Assembly (NCBI GenBank): GCA_051869975.1
Contig: JBJEBK010000061.1
Span: 36,461-100,460, forward strand
From: Candidatus Cryptobacteroides sp.
GTDB taxonomy: Bacteria > Bacteroidota > Bacteroidia > Bacteroidales > UBA932
DNA length: 64,000 nucleotides
Direction of reading: 5' to 3'
The notes below the pieces were generated by a model. The model saw only the letters and a program-made list of their open reading frames with translations. It did no database searches and was not told the origin of the DNA. The first letter of the stretch is position 1; each line of letters opens with the position of its first letter. The position numbers and the translations under genes were made by a program. Positions 62,268-64,000 of the stretch are shown piece after piece.

Positions 62268-63727
62268 CGCACGATTTCCCCTTTGTCTGGTTTGTAGCAG
62301 CGTTTGCAGCCTACACGGCTCTGCTTTTCTGGATATCACATCTGACCAATACCAGGGCTTCCTCCAAGGCTCCCTGGCCGGTGGTTGCATACGGGATGAT
62401 AGGCGCCTCCATCTCGGGGGTTACCTTCATTTCAGTGCCGGGCAATGTCTGGGTGCAGAATTTCTTCTATATGCCTCTGGTACTGGGCTTTGTGGTCGGC
62501 TACATCATTATAGCCAAGGTTCTGCTGCCTCTGTACTACAAAATGGGGCTGACTTCCATTTATACCTACCTCGGGGAAAGGATGGGCAAGACCTCCGAGA
62601 AGACAGGCTCGGTTGTGTTCTTCATTTCCCGCCTGCTTGGTGCTGCAGTGAGGGTTTTCGTGGTGATTGTGGTGCTGTTCTCCTTCATTCCGAAGTCTTT
62701 GACAGGGAGCAACAGCCTGCTTGCATTTGCCATTGTCAGCGCCGTATTCCTCATACTGCTTTATCTCTACACTTACAGGGGTGCGGTGAAAACCCTGATT
62801 TGGACTGATGTGCTGCAGACCACCTTTATGCTGCTTGCAGTCGTGCTGACCATCTTCTATATCTGCAGGGATATGGGATGGAATCTCGGCACTATGTTCT
62901 CGGCTTTGGGTTCTTCGCTCAATGAAAATGCGGGTACAGTAGGTTACGGCAGGCCGTTTACCGCCTGGTTCGACTGGAACTGGAGCAATGGAACCAATGC
63001 CGTAAAGCAGTTCATTTCAGGAATTTTTGTGACCGTGGCTATGACCGGACTGGACCAGTCGATGATGCAGAAAAACCTGGCGTGCAAAGACTTGAAGTCA
63101 GCTCGGAAGAATATGTACACCACATCGATAATCATAGTGGTTGCCAATCTGTTCTTCCTCTTTATGGGTGCGCTGCTCTGCGTCTATACCCAGAAACTGG
63201 GCGGTTTCGATGCCCTTGGCATCACCAAGACCGATGAAATCTTCCCTGCAATAGCAAGCCGTTATTTCGGAGTGGGACTCGGTATTTTCTTCCTGATAGG
63301 TCTCATTTCCGCAAGCTATCCTTCTGCGGGAGCTGCCCTGACTTCGCTCACCACTTCCGTTTGCGTGGATTTCCTGGGGGATAACGATGACCGCCGCAGA
63401 AAAGTTGTGCAGGCCTGGCTGACTCTGCTTTTCCTGGTGCTGCTTCTGGCTCTTCAGGTCCTCAGCAGCGATGCCGTCATCAATCTGGTATATAAACTTG
63501 CATCCTATACCTACGGTCCTCTGCTCGGACTATTCTTTTTCGGGATTCTGACCAAGCGCAAGGTCAGGGACAAGGCCACACCGCTGATTGCAGCGGCAGC
63601 CCCTGCCATTTGCCTTGCTGTCAACCTGTTGGGGAGAAAGTATCTGGGATTTGACCTAGGGTTCAGTCTTTTGGTAGTCAACGGTCTTCTGACCTTCGCC
63701 GGTCTTTGGGCCTTCAGTAAAAAGTAA
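62261..63727 (+). CDS. sodium:solute symporter family transporter
   Basis: 488 aa, about 13 TM helices, SSF-like pattern (GASISGVTFISVPG). Confidence 0.75.
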   Translation: MVAHDFPFVWFVAAFAAYTALLFWISHLTNTRASSKAPWPVVAYGMIGASISGVTFISVPGNVWVQNFFYMPLVLGFVVGYIIIAKVLLPLYYKMGLTSIYTYLGERMGKTSEKTGSVVFFISRLLGAAVRVFVVIVVLFSFIPKSLTGSNSLLAFAIVSAVFLILLYLYTYRGAVKTLIWTDVLQTTFMLLAVVLTIFYICRDMGWNLGTMFSALGSSLNENAGTVGYGRPFTAWFDWNWSNGTNAVKQFISGIFVTVAMTGLDQSMMQKNLACKDLKSARKNMYTTSIIIVVANLFFLFMGALLCVYTQKLGGFDALGITKTDEIFPAIASRYFGVGLGIFFLIGLISASYPSAGAALTSLTTSVCVDFLGDNDDRRRKVVQAWLTLLFLVLLLALQVLSSDAVINLVYKLASYTYGPLLGLFFFGILTKRKVRDKATPLIAAAAPAICLAVNLLGRKYLGFDLGFSLLVVNGLLTFAGLWAFSKK

Positions 63728-63731
63728 TAAT

Positions 63732-64000
63732 ATGGTAATACTTGCAGACAGCGGAAGCACAAAAATCAGCTGGAAGTTCATTTCCGGCGGATTTGTCCAT
63801 TCCCTTGAAACCGTAGGCATCAATGCGGTTTTCTCCGATGACAAGCAAATGCAGACTTTGTTTGAGACTCAGGTGAAACCCAACACCTCCTCCGTAAAGG
63901 AAATACATTTCTTCGGTGCCGGGGTAATTCCCGGAACTCCTACGGAGAAACTCAGAAGGGTGCTCTCAACTGTGTGGCCGGGTGCCTCCATTATGCTTGA
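63732..64000 (+). CDS. BadF/BadG/BcrA/BcrD-type ATPase (N-acetylglucosamine kinase-like), 5' part only
   Basis: Not in the ORF track because there is no stop in the window. My translation is MVILADSGSTKISWKFISGG..VGINAVFSDD..IHFFGAGV, a typical ADSGSTK phosphate-1 motif. Confidence 0.65.
   Translation, partial: MVILADSGSTKISWKFISGGFVHSLETVGINAVFSDDKQMQTLFETQVKPNTSSVKEIHFFGAGVIPGTPTEKLRRVLSTVWPGASIML

Overview
This window is chromosomal DNA from a Bacteroidales-type (Bacteroidota) genome. The evidence is recurrent TAnnTTTG -7 promoter boxes, many SpII lipoprotein signals, TonB-dependent receptors, type III glutamine synthetase and an S46 peptidase. Most of it is densely packed housekeeping: uvrB, fumarase, prfB, murI, glnN-type GS, rpsU, rplU-rpmA, serS, ruvC, rlmN, a metF-metH-luxS operon and hsp20. 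It also has a TetR-TolC-HlyD-ABC efflux operon and two tRNAs (Asn-GTT, Leu-TAG).

The non-core content is:
1. A HipB/HipA toxin-antitoxin pair next to tRNA-Asn.
2. A 2.3-kb segment holding tRNA-Leu, a decayed transglutaminase-like gene and a truncated cutC. It is bracketed by 222-bp inverted repeats with only 2 mismatches, and it adjoins a GC-rich, highly structured region with perfect 99-bp tandem repeats.
3. A visibly AT-rich decayed islet (40.4-42.3 kb) with a frameshifted Gp49/HigB-like toxin, its HTH antitoxin, a lectin-like gene fragment and a gutted reverse-transcriptase remnant. This may be the relic of a diversity-generating retroelement.
4. A tightly packed five-gene outer-membrane operon: a SusD-less TonB receptor, two proteins of unknown function, and two surface lipoproteins with lectin-like C-termini. 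A polyferredoxin/HMA-like membrane protein is transcribed divergently from it.
5. At least three families of short structured intergenic repeats reused at many loci, twice as inverted pairs flanking multi-kb segments.

No CRISPR array, rRNA, intact transposase or prophage was seen. Family names (DUF numbers, FISUMP and so on) come from my memory of sequence signatures and need HMM confirmation.
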